A stretch of 64,000 nucleotides of DNA, taken from NCBI GenBank assembly GCA_903894295.1, contig CAITPI010000134.1, positions 4,793 through 68,792 of the forward strand, in the 5' to 3' direction. The notes below the pieces were generated by a model, which saw only the letters and a program-made list of their open reading frames with translations, was not told the DNA's origin and did not search any database. Positions 25,507 through 35,543 of the stretch are shown in pieces. Within the stretch, counting starts at the first letter, position 1; every line of letters starts with the position of its first letter. A program made the position numbers and the translations under genes. The stretch comes from an uncultured Acidimicrobiaceae bacterium. GTDB lineage: Bacteria; Actinomycetota; Acidimicrobiia; Acidimicrobiales; RAAP-2.

Positions 25507-26013
25507 CGGTCTCATCGTCGCCAGCCCGGCATCGAGCGCCAGGGCTTCCCGGGCCGTCGCCCACCGGAGGTCGTCGATCTCCTGGCGGTTGACCTCGGAC
25601 AGGGACCGTTCGGCCGCCGACCGGATCTCTCTGGCCGATGCCACCAGATCGGCGACCTGACGAACGGTTTCCGTTGACGGATTGGCGTCGGTACGGAGCG
25701 TCGGGTCGAGACGCACGGCCGCCCGCTCGAGTTGTTGGCCGAGCAGCGGAAGGTCGGCCAGGGGAACCTGATGCTGCATCGCCGTCGTCAGGGCCGCGTG
25801 GGCACCGTTGACCTCCCGCCAAAGTTCCTGGTGCAGTGGGTGTCGAGGCGCTTTCGATCCGGCCAGGGAGGAGGCCGCCACCACGAGACCGTGGGTCCGC
25901 AACGCCGTCCAGCTGCGGTGGATCTTGCGCCAGATCACGAACGCCAGGACGATGAGGCCGACCAGCACCATGGTGCCCATGACCAGCACAACGACCAGTA
26001 GATCCCGAACCAT
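25447..26013 (-). CDS. hypothetical membrane-anchored protein
   Basis: ORF 25447..26115, start at MVRDLLVVVLVMGTMVLVGLIVLAFVIW (26013). It has one TM helix followed by a helical soluble part. I recognise no family. The 3' end overlaps gabT by 60 nt. Confidence 0.35.
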   Translation of the reverse strand: MVRDLLVVVLVMGTMVLVGLIVLAFVIWRKIHRSWTALRTHGLVVAASSLAGSKAPRHPLHQELWREVNGAHAALTTAMQHQVPLADLPLLGQQLERAAVRLDPTLRTDANPSTETVRQVADLVASAREIRSAAERSLSEVNRQEIDDLRWATAREALALDAGLATMRPSGSEFLFDRSHEDVQTLPE

Positions 26014-26048
26014 GGTCGACACTTTACGACCGAACGCCGGGCTGCGCC

Positions 26049-26858
26049 CTACGCGAGCAGCGTCCCGGAGATGGCGTCCAGATCGTCCGACCCGAGGCCG
26101 GCGTGAAGCGCCCATTGCCGGGCTCCCCCGTACCGTTCGGCCAGACCGTCCAGGAATCCCTCGATCGATGCGGCCCGCACGCTGAACCTCACGGCGGGAA
26201 TGGCCGCCATCGCCTGGGCGTAACGTTCGGTGCGGAACCGGGCCATGATGTGCTCCATCCGGCTCTCGGTGATCAGGTAGTCGGCGACGATCTCGTCCCG
26301 GGCGATCCCGAGGATCTCCATCACCAGCGCCGCAAGGATACCGGTGCGGTCCTTGCCGGCGGCACAGTGGAAGACCAAGGGATAGGAGCCTTCGCGGGCC
26401 AGCAGCCGCAGCGCCTGGACCAGCCCGTCGCCACCCACCTCGAGATACCAGAGGTACCGGAGCGCCAGGTCGTCGCCGGTCTCCTCGGGAGCTCCGACCG
26501 ACTCTCCCGTCCCGCCCTCCTGGATCACCGGAAGATGGAAGAACGCGACATCTTCCTGCTCGAGGGGACCCCGTCCGGTGCGGAGCAACTCCCGCTCGGT
26601 GCGCAGGTCGATCACGGTGCGCAGTCCGAGATCGGCCAGAAGCGCCACGTCGGTGGCGGTGAGGTCGTGCAGGGCGTCACTGCGGAACAGGGTCCGCTCC
26701 CGGATCACCCGGCCAGATGCCGTCCGGTAGCCACCGAGGTCGCGGAAGTTGAAAGATCCTTCGAGGGGAACCAGTCGGTCGTTTTCCACCTCTTCATCTT
26801 GGCCGATTCCGAACGGCCCGGGAAACGGCCACGGTAACCTTGGGGAACCCGCCGCCAT
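26049..26858 (-). CDS. protein tyrosine/serine phosphatase (Y_phosphatase3-type)
   Basis: This is the lower part of ORF 26049..28262. It has NFRDLGG and the catalytic loop HCAAGKDRTG. The start is ATG 26858 or GTG 26789. Confidence 0.75.
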   Translation of the reverse strand: MAAGSPRLPWPFPGPFGIGQDEEVENDRLVPLEGSFNFRDLGGYRTASGRVIRERTLFRSDALHDLTATDVALLADLGLRTVIDLRTERELLRTGRGPLEQEDVAFFHLPVIQEGGTGESVGAPEETGDDLALRYLWYLEVGGDGLVQALRLLAREGSYPLVFHCAAGKDRTGILAALVMEILGIARDEIVADYLITESRMEHIMARFRTERYAQAMAAIPAVRFSVRAASIEGFLDGLAERYGGARQWALHAGLGSDDLDAISGTLLA

Positions 26859-26879
26859 CCCGCCAAGGAGATCTCCCCC

Positions 26880-29096
26880 GTGAAGGCCCTCGCCACCTGG
26901 TGCGTCCGCCACCGCATTCTTGTTGTTGTCCTCTGGTTCCTCGCCCTCGTCGGGGCCGAGCTGGCGTCCGGTGTGGTCGGCACCGCCTACAGCAACTCCT
27001 TCTCGGTGCCGGACACCCCCTCGGCGCGTGCCCAGAACCTTCTCCAGTCGTCGGCACCCAGCCAGTCCGGTGACCGCGAGCAGATCGTCTTCCACACGAC
27101 CGGCGGGACTTCGGTCTTCGATCCCTCGGTCAAGCAGTCCATCACCGCCATGCTCGACCAGGTGGCGACGCTGCCCCATGTGACGGGCTACATCAGTCCC
27201 TACTCGCCGCTCGGCGTCCACCAGGTGAACGCCAACCAGACCACCGCATTCGCCACGGTCATCTTCGACGTCCAGGCCAACGCCGAATCGACGGCCAATG
27301 CCCAAACCTTCGTCAAGACGGCAACCGCCCCGGCCACGCCCAGCCTCCAGGTGGCCGTGGCCGGCCAGATCGCCGCCCAGGCGGCCAAACCGTCGTTCGG
27401 CGGGATGGGTCTCGGCATCATCCTGGCGGCCGTGGTGCTTTTCCTCGTCTTCCGGTCGGTCTTCGCCATGGCGTTGCCACTGGCCTCGGCCCTCGCCTCG
27501 CTCGGTACCGGCATCGGCATCATCGGACTGTTGAGCAACGTCATCAAGATGCCGGTGTTCTCCATCGAACTTGTCGGCCTGATCGGGCTTGGGGTCGGCG
27601 TCGACTACGCCCTCTTCATCCTCACCCGTCACCGGCAGGGCCTGATCGCCGGCATGTCGATGGAGGACTCCGTCGTCAACGCCGTCAACACATCGGGACG
27701 GGCCGTCCTCTTCGCCGGCATCATTGTCTGCATCGCCCTGCTGGGCATGTTCGCCCTCGGCGTGGCGTTCCTCTACGGCCTGGCCATCGCCGCCACCATC
27801 GGCGTGGCCTTCACCATGTTTGCCGCCCTGACCCTGCTGCCGGCCCTGCTCGGGTTCATCGGGCCACGGGTCCTCTCCCGCAAGCAACGCAAGTCCCTCG
27901 CCACCTCCGGGCCGCAGATTGTCGGCAAGACCACGTCCGGCTTCTGGCCGAAGTGGGCGGACTTCATCAGTGCCCGTTCGGTCGTTCCGGCACTGATTGC
28001 CCTGGCCATCGTCCTCGTGGCCACCGTTCCCTTCTTCTCCATGCGCCTCGGCATCTCCGACCAGGGCAACGACCCCAAGGGCACCACGACCCGCACGGCC
28101 TATGACCTTCTGGCCCAGGGATTCGGGCCGGGAACGAACGGCCCTCTCGAGGTGGTGGCCGTCCACGCCGGCCTGGTGCCGCCGGGAACCCTGACCGCCT
28201 TGACGAATGCCATCGGCCGTCAACCGGGAGTGGCCAGCGTCGTGCCACCGGTGGTCTTCCACGCCAAGGACGGCAAGCAGGTCGCCCTGATCACCGTCTA
28301 CCCGACAACGTCACCCCAGTCCTCGGCGACCACCAACCTGATCGGAGAACTCCGCACCAGCACGGTTCCCACCGTGGTGGAGGGAACCCACACCACCGTG
28401 TACATCGGCGGAACCACCGCCTTCTTCACCGACTTCGCCAACGTCCTGACCCAGAAGCTTCCGTTGTTCATCGGTCTCGTGGTCCTGGTGTCCTTCCTGC
28501 TGCTGGCGGTGGTCTTTCGAAGCATCGTCATCCCGATCACCGCGGCGGTCATGAACCTGCTCTCCATCGGGGCGGCCTTCGGGATCCTCACTGCCGTCTA
28601 CCAGTGGGGCTGGCTGGGCAGCCTCTTCCAGGTCGGAGGACCCGGGCCGATCGAGGCGTTCCTTCCGGTCATGATGTTCGCCATCCTCTTCGGCCTCTCG
28701 ATGGACTACGAGGTGTTCCTCATCACCCGCATCCACGAGGAGTACCAGAAGACCCGCGACAACCGTCAGGCCGTGCGGGACGGACTGGCCACCACCGGCA
28801 AGACCATCACCGCCGCCGCCCTCATCATGATCCTGGTGTTCGGCGCCTTCATTCTGGGCAGCCTGCGTCCGATCCGCGAGTTCGGTCTCGGGCTCGCCGG
28901 TGGCATCTTCATGGACGCCTTCCTGATCCGCATGGCCCTGGTACCGGCCACCATGTTCCTGCTGGGCCGGTCCAACTGGTGGTTCCCGCAGTGGCTGGAC
29001 CGCATCCTTCCCAGCGTGGTGGTCGAACCCGAATCCGACGACGAGATAGGACCTTCGGCCCTGTCCGAACCCGAACTCGTGGGACAGGGTGTGTAG
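26880..29096 (+). CDS. MMPL-family (RND superfamily) membrane transporter
   Basis: ORF 26880..29096, 738 aa. It has two 6-TM bundles with intervening soluble domains. GVGVDYALFILTRHR and LSMDYEVFLITRI are MMPL signatures. Confidence 0.85.
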   Translation: MKALATWCVRHRILVVVLWFLALVGAELASGVVGTAYSNSFSVPDTPSARAQNLLQSSAPSQSGDREQIVFHTTGGTSVFDPSVKQSITAMLDQVATLPHVTGYISPYSPLGVHQVNANQTTAFATVIFDVQANAESTANAQTFVKTATAPATPSLQVAVAGQIAAQAAKPSFGGMGLGIILAAVVLFLVFRSVFAMALPLASALASLGTGIGIIGLLSNVIKMPVFSIELVGLIGLGVGVDYALFILTRHRQGLIAGMSMEDSVVNAVNTSGRAVLFAGIIVCIALLGMFALGVAFLYGLAIAATIGVAFTMFAALTLLPALLGFIGPRVLSRKQRKSLATSGPQIVGKTTSGFWPKWADFISARSVVPALIALAIVLVATVPFFSMRLGISDQGNDPKGTTTRTAYDLLAQGFGPGTNGPLEVVAVHAGLVPPGTLTALTNAIGRQPGVASVVPPVVFHAKDGKQVALITVYPTTSPQSSATTNLIGELRTSTVPTVVEGTHTTVYIGGTTAFFTDFANVLTQKLPLFIGLVVLVSFLLLAVVFRSIVIPITAAVMNLLSIGAAFGILTAVYQWGWLGSLFQVGGPGPIEAFLPVMMFAILFGLSMDYEVFLITRIHEEYQKTRDNRQAVRDGLATTGKTITAAALIMILVFGAFILGSLRPIREFGLGLAGGIFMDAFLIRMALVPATMFLLGRSNWWFPQWLDRILPSVVVEPESDDEIGPSALSEPELVGQGV

Positions 29097-29180
29097 TAGG
29101 AACTTTGCCCCGCCAGCCGGAACACCCCCGTCCGGCCGGTCGGGAAACTCCCGAAGGGCAAGATTCCTCACAGGTACCCC

Positions 29181-29645
29181 TCAACCCCCCGGGCCCACAC
29201 CGGGGGGTTGACGCGTCATGGGGACGTGGGGAATACCGTCCTCCAGAAACTCTTCACCCGAGCGGACAAAGCCAAAGGTGCCGTACCAGTCCGCCAGATG
29301 GGACTGGGCCGAAAGGACGAAGGTCCGGTCCTGGTGGCCGGCGATCACCCACCGGATCAACCCGCCGGCCAGGCCCTGTCCCCGGGCCCGCTCCCGGGTG
29401 CAGACCCGTCCGATCCGGATCGAGTTGCCTTCGGGAAACCAGCGCAGGTAGGCCAGGACCCCGTCGCCGGTGAAGACGTGGCGGGTCCCGGGGAGGGCGT
29501 CGATCCCGTCCACGTCGGGATAGGCGCACTCCTGTTCGACGACGAACACGTCGCACCGCAGCCGGTAGATGGCATGGAGCTCACCCGGTGACAGCTCGTC
29601 GAGCGTCCGTTGGCAGACGACATCCATGCGCCCAGTCTGCTGCAT
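29181..29645 (-). CDS. GNAT acetyltransferase (ElaA-like)
   Basis: This is the lower part of ORF 29181..30260, with the start at MQQTGRMDVV (29645) or at 27. LHAIYRLRCDVFVVEQECAYPDVDG...RIGRVCTRERARGQGLAGGLI fits the ElaA family. Confidence 0.7.
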   Translation of the reverse strand: MQQTGRMDVVCQRTLDELSPGELHAIYRLRCDVFVVEQECAYPDVDGIDALPGTRHVFTGDGVLAYLRWFPEGNSIRIGRVCTRERARGQGLAGGLIRWVIAGHQDRTFVLSAQSHLADWYGTFGFVRSGEEFLEDGIPHVPMTRQPPGVGPGG

Positions 29646-29681
29646 GGACGACGTCGGGAGATCATTCGATAATCTAACTAT

Positions 29682-30125
29682 GTGAGAAACGAAGTAACCG
29701 GGGACGAGTGCGCCACCCTTGGACGCACGGTGGCATGGTTGGCCAAACAGGTGGAGGTCGGCATCGCGGCGGCCGACCTCACACTCCCCCAGTACCGGAT
29801 CCTCGGTCTGCTGGACGGGAACTCGGCCGTTTCCTCCGACCTGGCGGCCCAGTTGGCCGTTCGCCCACCCACCGTGACCGCCGTCGTCGACGGCCTCGTC
29901 GCCCGTGGGCTCATTGAACGACGGCACGACGAGACCGACCGCCGCCGGGTCGACCACGCCCTGACCCCGGCCGGGGCCACCGTGCTCCGGGAGGCCGACG
30001 CCGCCGTCCACGAACGCCTGCACGAGATCTCCGGGATCCTCCCGGATCCCGCCGACCGGCACGCCGCCTTCACAGGACTCGCCGCCTGGCGGCGGGCCCT
30101 CAGACTGCGGATCGGAGCGAAGTGA
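29682..30125 (+). CDS. MarR-family transcriptional regulator
   Basis: ORF 29682..30125 (GTG start). LPQYRILGLL...LAAQLAVRPPTVTAVVDGLVARGLIERRHDETDRRRV is a MarR winged helix. It is coupled to the downstream ABC genes (GTGA). Confidence 0.85.
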   Translation: MRNEVTGDECATLGRTVAWLAKQVEVGIAAADLTLPQYRILGLLDGNSAVSSDLAAQLAVRPPTVTAVVDGLVARGLIERRHDETDRRRVDHALTPAGATVLREADAAVHERLHEISGILPDPADRHAAFTGLAAWRRALRLRIGAK

Positions 30126-31930
30126 CCGCACACGCACCCCTGACCATCGAAGCCCGTTCCGAGGCCCCGGCGGCCACCATCGATCCCGACCGGTCGTTGT
30201 CCTGGATCCGCCGGGCGCTCCCGGTGATGAGGGCCCACCAGAAGGTGTTCGGAACCTCACTGGTGTTGTCGTTCCTCGGACTCGTGGTGGCGGTCCAGAT
30301 TCCCAACCTCCTCAACAAGGCCATCACCAACTCCCTGCAGCACCACAGCGTCGCCCTGAGTTCCTACGTCTGGTGGACCGTGGGACTCGGGATCGCCGGC
30401 CTTGTCCTCGGCTACGTCGCCCGCATGCTCCTCTACCGCACCGCCTACGACATCGAGTACGACCTGCGGAACATCATCTACGAGCACCTGACCCGGATGT
30501 CGTTCTCCTTCTATGACCGGGTGCAGTCCGGCCAGCTGATCTCCCGGGCCAACTCGGACATCCGGTCGGTCCAGATGTACATGACCTTCGCACCGCTGAT
30601 CCTGGTGCAGTGCTCGATGGCGGTGATCGCCTTCATCTTCATGCTCACCATCAACGTCCCCCTGGCCTTTGTGGCCATGTTGACCATGCCCTTCGTCTAC
30701 TTCGCCGGCGTCAGGATGCGCCAGTCGATGTTTCCCGTCTCGTGGATCATCCAGGCCCGACTGGCCGAGGTCGCCACCATCGTGGACGAGAACGTCAATG
30801 GCGTCCGGGTCGTCAAGTCGTTTGCCGCCGAGGAGCAGCAACTCCGCTCCCTGGCCGATGCGGCCGAACGGGTGCAGTGGGGCTACATCAAAGATGCCGA
30901 CCTCCGGGCCCGGTTCACGCCCTTGGTGCAGAACCTGCCCCAGGTCGGACTGGTCCTCGTGCTGCTCTTCGGTGGCTACATGATCGTCCACGGCCATCTC
31001 GGGATCGGCGCCATCGTGGCCTTCAACGCCTATCTGCTGATGCTGCAGGCGCCCTTCATGATGCTCGGCATGCTGATCATGATGGGCCAGCGGGCCGCCG
31101 CCTCGGCCGAGCGGATCTACGAAATCCTCGACGAGACGCCCACCGTCGTGGATGCCGATGACGCCATCAGCCTCACCGACTGTCGGGGGGACGTCCGGTT
31201 CTCCCACGTGGACTTCGCCTACCAGGAAGACGCTGAAACGCTGGTGCTGGCCGACTTCAACCTGCACCTCGCACCCGGGGAGACCGTCGCCCTGGTCGGT
31301 CGGACCGGTTCCGGGAAGTCGACGGTGGCCCGCCTGTTGACCCGCTTCTACGACGTTCGCCACGGATCGGTCGAGATCGACGGCCACGACGTCCGGTCAC
31401 TCCGTCAGGACAGCCTGCGGGACAACATCGGCGTGGTTCTCGACGAGCCGTTCCTCTTTTCGGTCTCGGTCCGCGACAACATCGCCTACGGGAAGCCCGG
31501 GGCGTCCCGGGCCGACATCGAAGCGGCGGCCCGGGCCGCCGGGGCCTATGAGTTCATCGAGAAACTGCCCCAGGGCTACGACACGGTGGTGGGTGAACGG
31601 GGTTACACCCTCTCGGGAGGCCAGCGGCAACGGATCGCCATCGCCCGGACGCTCTTGCTCAATCCTCCGATCCTGGTCCTCGACGACGCCACAAGCGCCA
31701 TCGACGTCCAGGTCGAACAGATGATCCACGCCAGCCTCAAGAAGCAGATGGAGGGACGCACCACGCTGATCGTGGCCCACCGGTTGTCGACCATCTCGCT
31801 CGCCGACCGGGTCGTGTTGCTCGACAACCAGCGCATCGTCGGCGATGGCACCCACGCCGAACTGTTGGCGACCACGCCGCTCTATGCCGAGATCCTGGCC
31901 CAGGCTGAAGCGCTCGAGGTGGCACCATGA
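30122..31930 (+). CDS. ABC exporter, fused permease/ATPase (heterodimer subunit 1)
   Basis: ORF 30122..31930. It has 6 TM helices plus an NBD with Walker A GRTGSGKST, the signature LSGGQRQR and Walker B ILVLDDATS. Confidence 0.9.
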   Translation: MTAHAPLTIEARSEAPAATIDPDRSLSWIRRALPVMRAHQKVFGTSLVLSFLGLVVAVQIPNLLNKAITNSLQHHSVALSSYVWWTVGLGIAGLVLGYVARMLLYRTAYDIEYDLRNIIYEHLTRMSFSFYDRVQSGQLISRANSDIRSVQMYMTFAPLILVQCSMAVIAFIFMLTINVPLAFVAMLTMPFVYFAGVRMRQSMFPVSWIIQARLAEVATIVDENVNGVRVVKSFAAEEQQLRSLADAAERVQWGYIKDADLRARFTPLVQNLPQVGLVLVLLFGGYMIVHGHLGIGAIVAFNAYLLMLQAPFMMLGMLIMMGQRAAASAERIYEILDETPTVVDADDAISLTDCRGDVRFSHVDFAYQEDAETLVLADFNLHLAPGETVALVGRTGSGKSTVARLLTRFYDVRHGSVEIDGHDVRSLRQDSLRDNIGVVLDEPFLFSVSVRDNIAYGKPGASRADIEAAARAAGAYEFIEKLPQGYDTVVGERGYTLSGGQRQRIAIARTLLLNPPILVLDDATSAIDVQVEQMIHASLKKQMEGRTTLIVAHRLSTISLADRVVLLDNQRIVGDGTHAELLATTPLYAEILAQAEALEVAP

Positions 31931-33873
31931 CGTGGGGAGGTGGTTTCGGAGGCGGACCGGGCGGTGCGCCCGGAGGCTTCGGTCGGCCCTCGGCCCCCGG
32001 CTTGCCGTTCGCCGGCATCCCGTCCGAGCTGCAGTCCGGGGTGGACCGGCTCCTCAAATCCGAGCCCGAGCAGGTTCCCTCCGAACTCCACTTCGCCCAG
32101 CGGGCCGACGAGGGCGAGTTGCGTCGGATGTCGCTCTGGACTCTCCTCGCCAAGTATCCGGGCATGCTCGCCCTCTCGGCCCTCCTCATCGTCGTCATCT
32201 CGGTGGTCGGCCAACTCGGGCCGAAACTCACCGAGATCGCCATCAACGACGGCATGTCACCGGGCCACCTCCACTTCTCGGTGGTGGTCTGGATGGCCGC
32301 CGCCTACCTGGTCTGTGTGGCCGTCACCGCCGTGGCCCAGAGCTTCCAGGTCATGGTCAGCGGCCGCATCGCCGCCTGGGTGATGAACGACCTCCGGGTG
32401 AAGGTCTTCGCCCACCTGCAACGCCTCTCGCTCTCCTTCTTCACCGAGGAGAAGGCCGGCGTCATCATGAGCCGGATGACCAGCGACATCGAGAACCTGC
32501 AGCAGCTCCTCCAGGACGGGCTCTCCCAGCTGGCCATCCAGGGCCTCACCATGATCGTCATCTCGGTGATCCTCTTCACCACCAACGTCACGTTGGCCGC
32601 CATCACCCTGCTGCTCATCGTCCCGGCCCTGGTCGGGGCCTCCATCTGGTTCACCCGGGCTTCCGAACAGGGTTATGAACGGGTCCGCGACGGGATCGCC
32701 AACGTGCTGGCCGACCTGTCGGAGAGCCTGCACGGGGTACGCATCGTGACGGCCCACAACCGTCAGCGCCACAACGTCGTGCACCACCGCAACGTGGTGC
32801 ACGACTACCGCACGGCCAACAACTACACCGGACGGGTGAACGCCATCTACGGGCCGGGCACCCAGGCGCTCGGGATCCTGGGCCAGGCCGTCCTGCTCGG
32901 CATCGGCGGGGAGATGGTGCTGCACCACACCCTGAGCCTCGGCGCCCTGACGGCGTTCTTCCTCTACCTGAACCGCTTCTTCCAGCCCATCCAGTTGCTG
33001 GTCCAGCAGTACAACACCTACCAGCAGGGCCAGTCGTCGATCATCAAGCTCCGGGGTCTGGTGGACACCGACCCCGAAGTGATGGAGAGCCCGAACGCCG
33101 AGGTGCTGCCCGAGATCAATGGAGCCATCGGTTTCGAACACCTCTCCTTCGGCTACCGACCGGGCCGGTTGGTGCTGGAAGACATCAACCTCGTCATCGC
33201 ACCGGGTGAAACGATCGCCTTCGTGGGACCCACCGGGGCCGGCAAGTCCACCCTGGCCAAGCTGGTCACCCGCTTCTACGACCCCACCGACGGCCGGGTC
33301 ACCATCGACGGCCACGACCTGCGGGACGTCACCATGTTCTCGCTGCGCAGCCAACTCGGCGTGGTGCCCCAGGAGCCCTTCCTCTTTGCCGGAACGATCG
33401 GGGACAACATCGCCTTCGCCCGCCCGGAATCCACCGACGACGAGATCTGGGAGGCCGTGGAGCGGGTCGGCCTGACCGACGTGATCGAACGCATGCCCCA
33501 CGGCCTCAAGACTCCCGTGCACGAGCGGGGGCAGACCCTCTCGTCCGGTGAACGCCAGCTGATCGCCCTGGCCCGGGCCTTCCTGGCCCATCCCCGGGTC
33601 CTGGTCCTCGACGAGGCAACGTCAAACCTCGACCTGCAGTCGGAGACCAAGATCGAAGCTGCCCTCGACGTGCTGCTCGAGAACCGGACGGCCATCCTCA
33701 TCGCCCACCGCCTCTCCACCGCCATGCGGGCCGACCGGATTGCCGTCGTCGACCACGGCCGAATCATCGAAGTCGGCCACCACGACGACCTGGTCCAAAA
33801 AGGTGGCCGCTACGCCGACATGTACGCCACCTGGATCCAGCAGCTCGCCCAGTCCGACAGCCACCCGGACTGA
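31927..33873 (+). CDS. ABC exporter, fused permease/ATPase (heterodimer subunit 2)
   Basis: ORF 31927..33873 (ATGA overlap). It has GPTGAGKST, LSSGERQL and VLVLDEATS, with a Gly/Pro-rich N-terminal tail. Confidence 0.9.
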   Translation: MTWGGGFGGGPGGAPGGFGRPSAPGLPFAGIPSELQSGVDRLLKSEPEQVPSELHFAQRADEGELRRMSLWTLLAKYPGMLALSALLIVVISVVGQLGPKLTEIAINDGMSPGHLHFSVVVWMAAAYLVCVAVTAVAQSFQVMVSGRIAAWVMNDLRVKVFAHLQRLSLSFFTEEKAGVIMSRMTSDIENLQQLLQDGLSQLAIQGLTMIVISVILFTTNVTLAAITLLLIVPALVGASIWFTRASEQGYERVRDGIANVLADLSESLHGVRIVTAHNRQRHNVVHHRNVVHDYRTANNYTGRVNAIYGPGTQALGILGQAVLLGIGGEMVLHHTLSLGALTAFFLYLNRFFQPIQLLVQQYNTYQQGQSSIIKLRGLVDTDPEVMESPNAEVLPEINGAIGFEHLSFGYRPGRLVLEDINLVIAPGETIAFVGPTGAGKSTLAKLVTRFYDPTDGRVTIDGHDLRDVTMFSLRSQLGVVPQEPFLFAGTIGDNIAFARPESTDDEIWEAVERVGLTDVIERMPHGLKTPVHERGQTLSSGERQLIALARAFLAHPRVLVLDEATSNLDLQSETKIEAALDVLLENRTAILIAHRLSTAMRADRIAVVDHGRIIEVGHHDDLVQKGGRYADMYATWIQQLAQSDSHPD

Positions 33874-33958
33874 CCGGGGTCCGGGCCGACCTACGGCCCT
33901 CGAAGCCCGGCGGCGGTGGGCACGTCGTGGGCCACAGGTCGTGACAACATGTCCGTCC

Positions 33959-35524
33959 ATGGCCTACATCATCGAGAAGATCGTCCAGCGCAAGGGCGAC
34001 GACGTGGCGCTGGTGGACGAGCGGGGATCGACCACCTGGCGGGCGTTCAACGACCGGGTCAACCAGACGATCCATGCCTTCCGGGCGGCCGGAATGCGCA
34101 CCGGTGACGTCGTGGCCCTGATGACCCAGAACCGCCGCGAGTACTTCGAGGTCATGGTGGCCGCCATGCACAACGGTCTCGTCGTGGTCCCGGTCAACTG
34201 GCACTGGGTGGGGACGGAGTTGGCCTACGTGCTGGAAGACTCCGGGGCCAGGGCGCTCGTGGTGGAGGACCACTACCTCCCGGTCGCCGTCGAGGCGTGC
34301 CAGGGCCTCGAGGGGTGTCCGCTCCGCTGGGTCATCGCTTCCGACTCCGGTCTGCCCGCAACCTTCGAGTCCTTCGAGTCGGTTCTGGCCCGCCAATCCA
34401 CTGAAGAGCCGACGGACCAGTCCGGCGGTGGACCGATGTTCTACACCTCGGGCACCACCGGATTCCCCAAAGGCGTGCGTTCAGGGATCTCGGCCACCGG
34501 AGGGGACCTCGCGCTGGTCGAACTGGTGGCCCAGAGCGCCATGGGCCTGCTCGGCATCCCGACCGATGGGGTCAGCCTGCTCGAAGGCCCCGCCTACCAC
34601 TCGGCCCAGTGGGCCTTCTCGGTCTTTCCGCTGCTGGGCAGCGCCAGCACCGTGGTGATGCGCCGCCAGTTCGATCCAGCCGAACTGCTGGAACTCATCG
34701 ACCGCCATCAGGTCACCAACCTCCACCTGGTGCCGACCCAGTTCGTCCGGCTGTTGAAACTTCCCCAAGAGACCCAGGCGGCCTTCGACGGATCATCGCT
34801 CGTCAACGTGGTCCATGGTGCCGCCCCGTGCCCGCCACCGACCAAGGCCCGGATGATCGACTGGTGGGGACCGGTGATCAGCGAGTACTACGGCGGGACC
34901 GAGGGTGGCTTTCTCACCTACGTCACCAGCCCGGAGTGGCTGGAGCGGCCGGGTACCCTCGGCCGTTCGACGGCGACGTGTGAACTCATGATCATCAACG
35001 ACGATGGCCAGCCATCTCCGGTGGGCGTATCCGGCCAGATCTACTTCAAAAGCACCGTGGGGGCCGATTTCGAGTACCACAACGCTCCGGAGAAGACCGA
35101 GGTGGCGCACCTCGCCCCCGGCGTCGGCACCCTGGGCGACATCGGCTACCTGGACGAAGACGGCTACCTGTTCCTCTCCGACCGCAAGATCGACATGATC
35201 ATCTCGGGCGGCGTCAACATCTATCCAGCGGAGATCGAAGGCGTCCTGACCTCCCATCCGGCCGTCGAGGACGCGGCGGTCTTCGGCATTCCGAACGACG
35301 ACATGGGTGAAGAGGTCAAGGCCGTCGTGCAGCTGACCGGCGGACGTGAGCCATCCGTTGCCCTGGCCGACGAGTTGATCACTTTTGTCCGCCAGTCACT
35401 CGCCGGCTACAAGGCCCCCCGGACCATCGACTTCTCCGACTCCCTGCCCCGGCACGAAACCGGGAAACTCTACAAGCGGCTCCTACGGGATCCCTACTGG
35501 GCGGGAACGGGCCGGAGCATCTGA
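33959..35524 (+). CDS. acyl-CoA synthetase (AMP-forming)
   Basis: This is the frame of ORF 33740..35524, starting at ATG 33959. It has the AMP-binding motifs YTSGTTGFPKGV, YYGGTEG, GDIGYLDEDGYLFLSDRK and GKLYKR. Confidence 0.85.
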   Translation: MAYIIEKIVQRKGDDVALVDERGSTTWRAFNDRVNQTIHAFRAAGMRTGDVVALMTQNRREYFEVMVAAMHNGLVVVPVNWHWVGTELAYVLEDSGARALVVEDHYLPVAVEACQGLEGCPLRWVIASDSGLPATFESFESVLARQSTEEPTDQSGGGPMFYTSGTTGFPKGVRSGISATGGDLALVELVAQSAMGLLGIPTDGVSLLEGPAYHSAQWAFSVFPLLGSASTVVMRRQFDPAELLELIDRHQVTNLHLVPTQFVRLLKLPQETQAAFDGSSLVNVVHGAAPCPPPTKARMIDWWGPVISEYYGGTEGGFLTYVTSPEWLERPGTLGRSTATCELMIINDDGQPSPVGVSGQIYFKSTVGADFEYHNAPEKTEVAHLAPGVGTLGDIGYLDEDGYLFLSDRKIDMIISGGVNIYPAEIEGVLTSHPAVEDAAVFGIPNDDMGEEVKAVVQLTGGREPSVALADELITFVRQSLAGYKAPRTIDFSDSLPRHETGKLYKRLLRDPYWAGTGRSI

Positions 35525-35543
35525 GCCATCCGGGTCGAACCGA

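Noticed and set aside
26859-28262. Upper part of 737-aa ORF 26049..28262
   Set aside because: It is antisense to the MMPL gene. The phosphatase sequence begins near 26858 or 26789.
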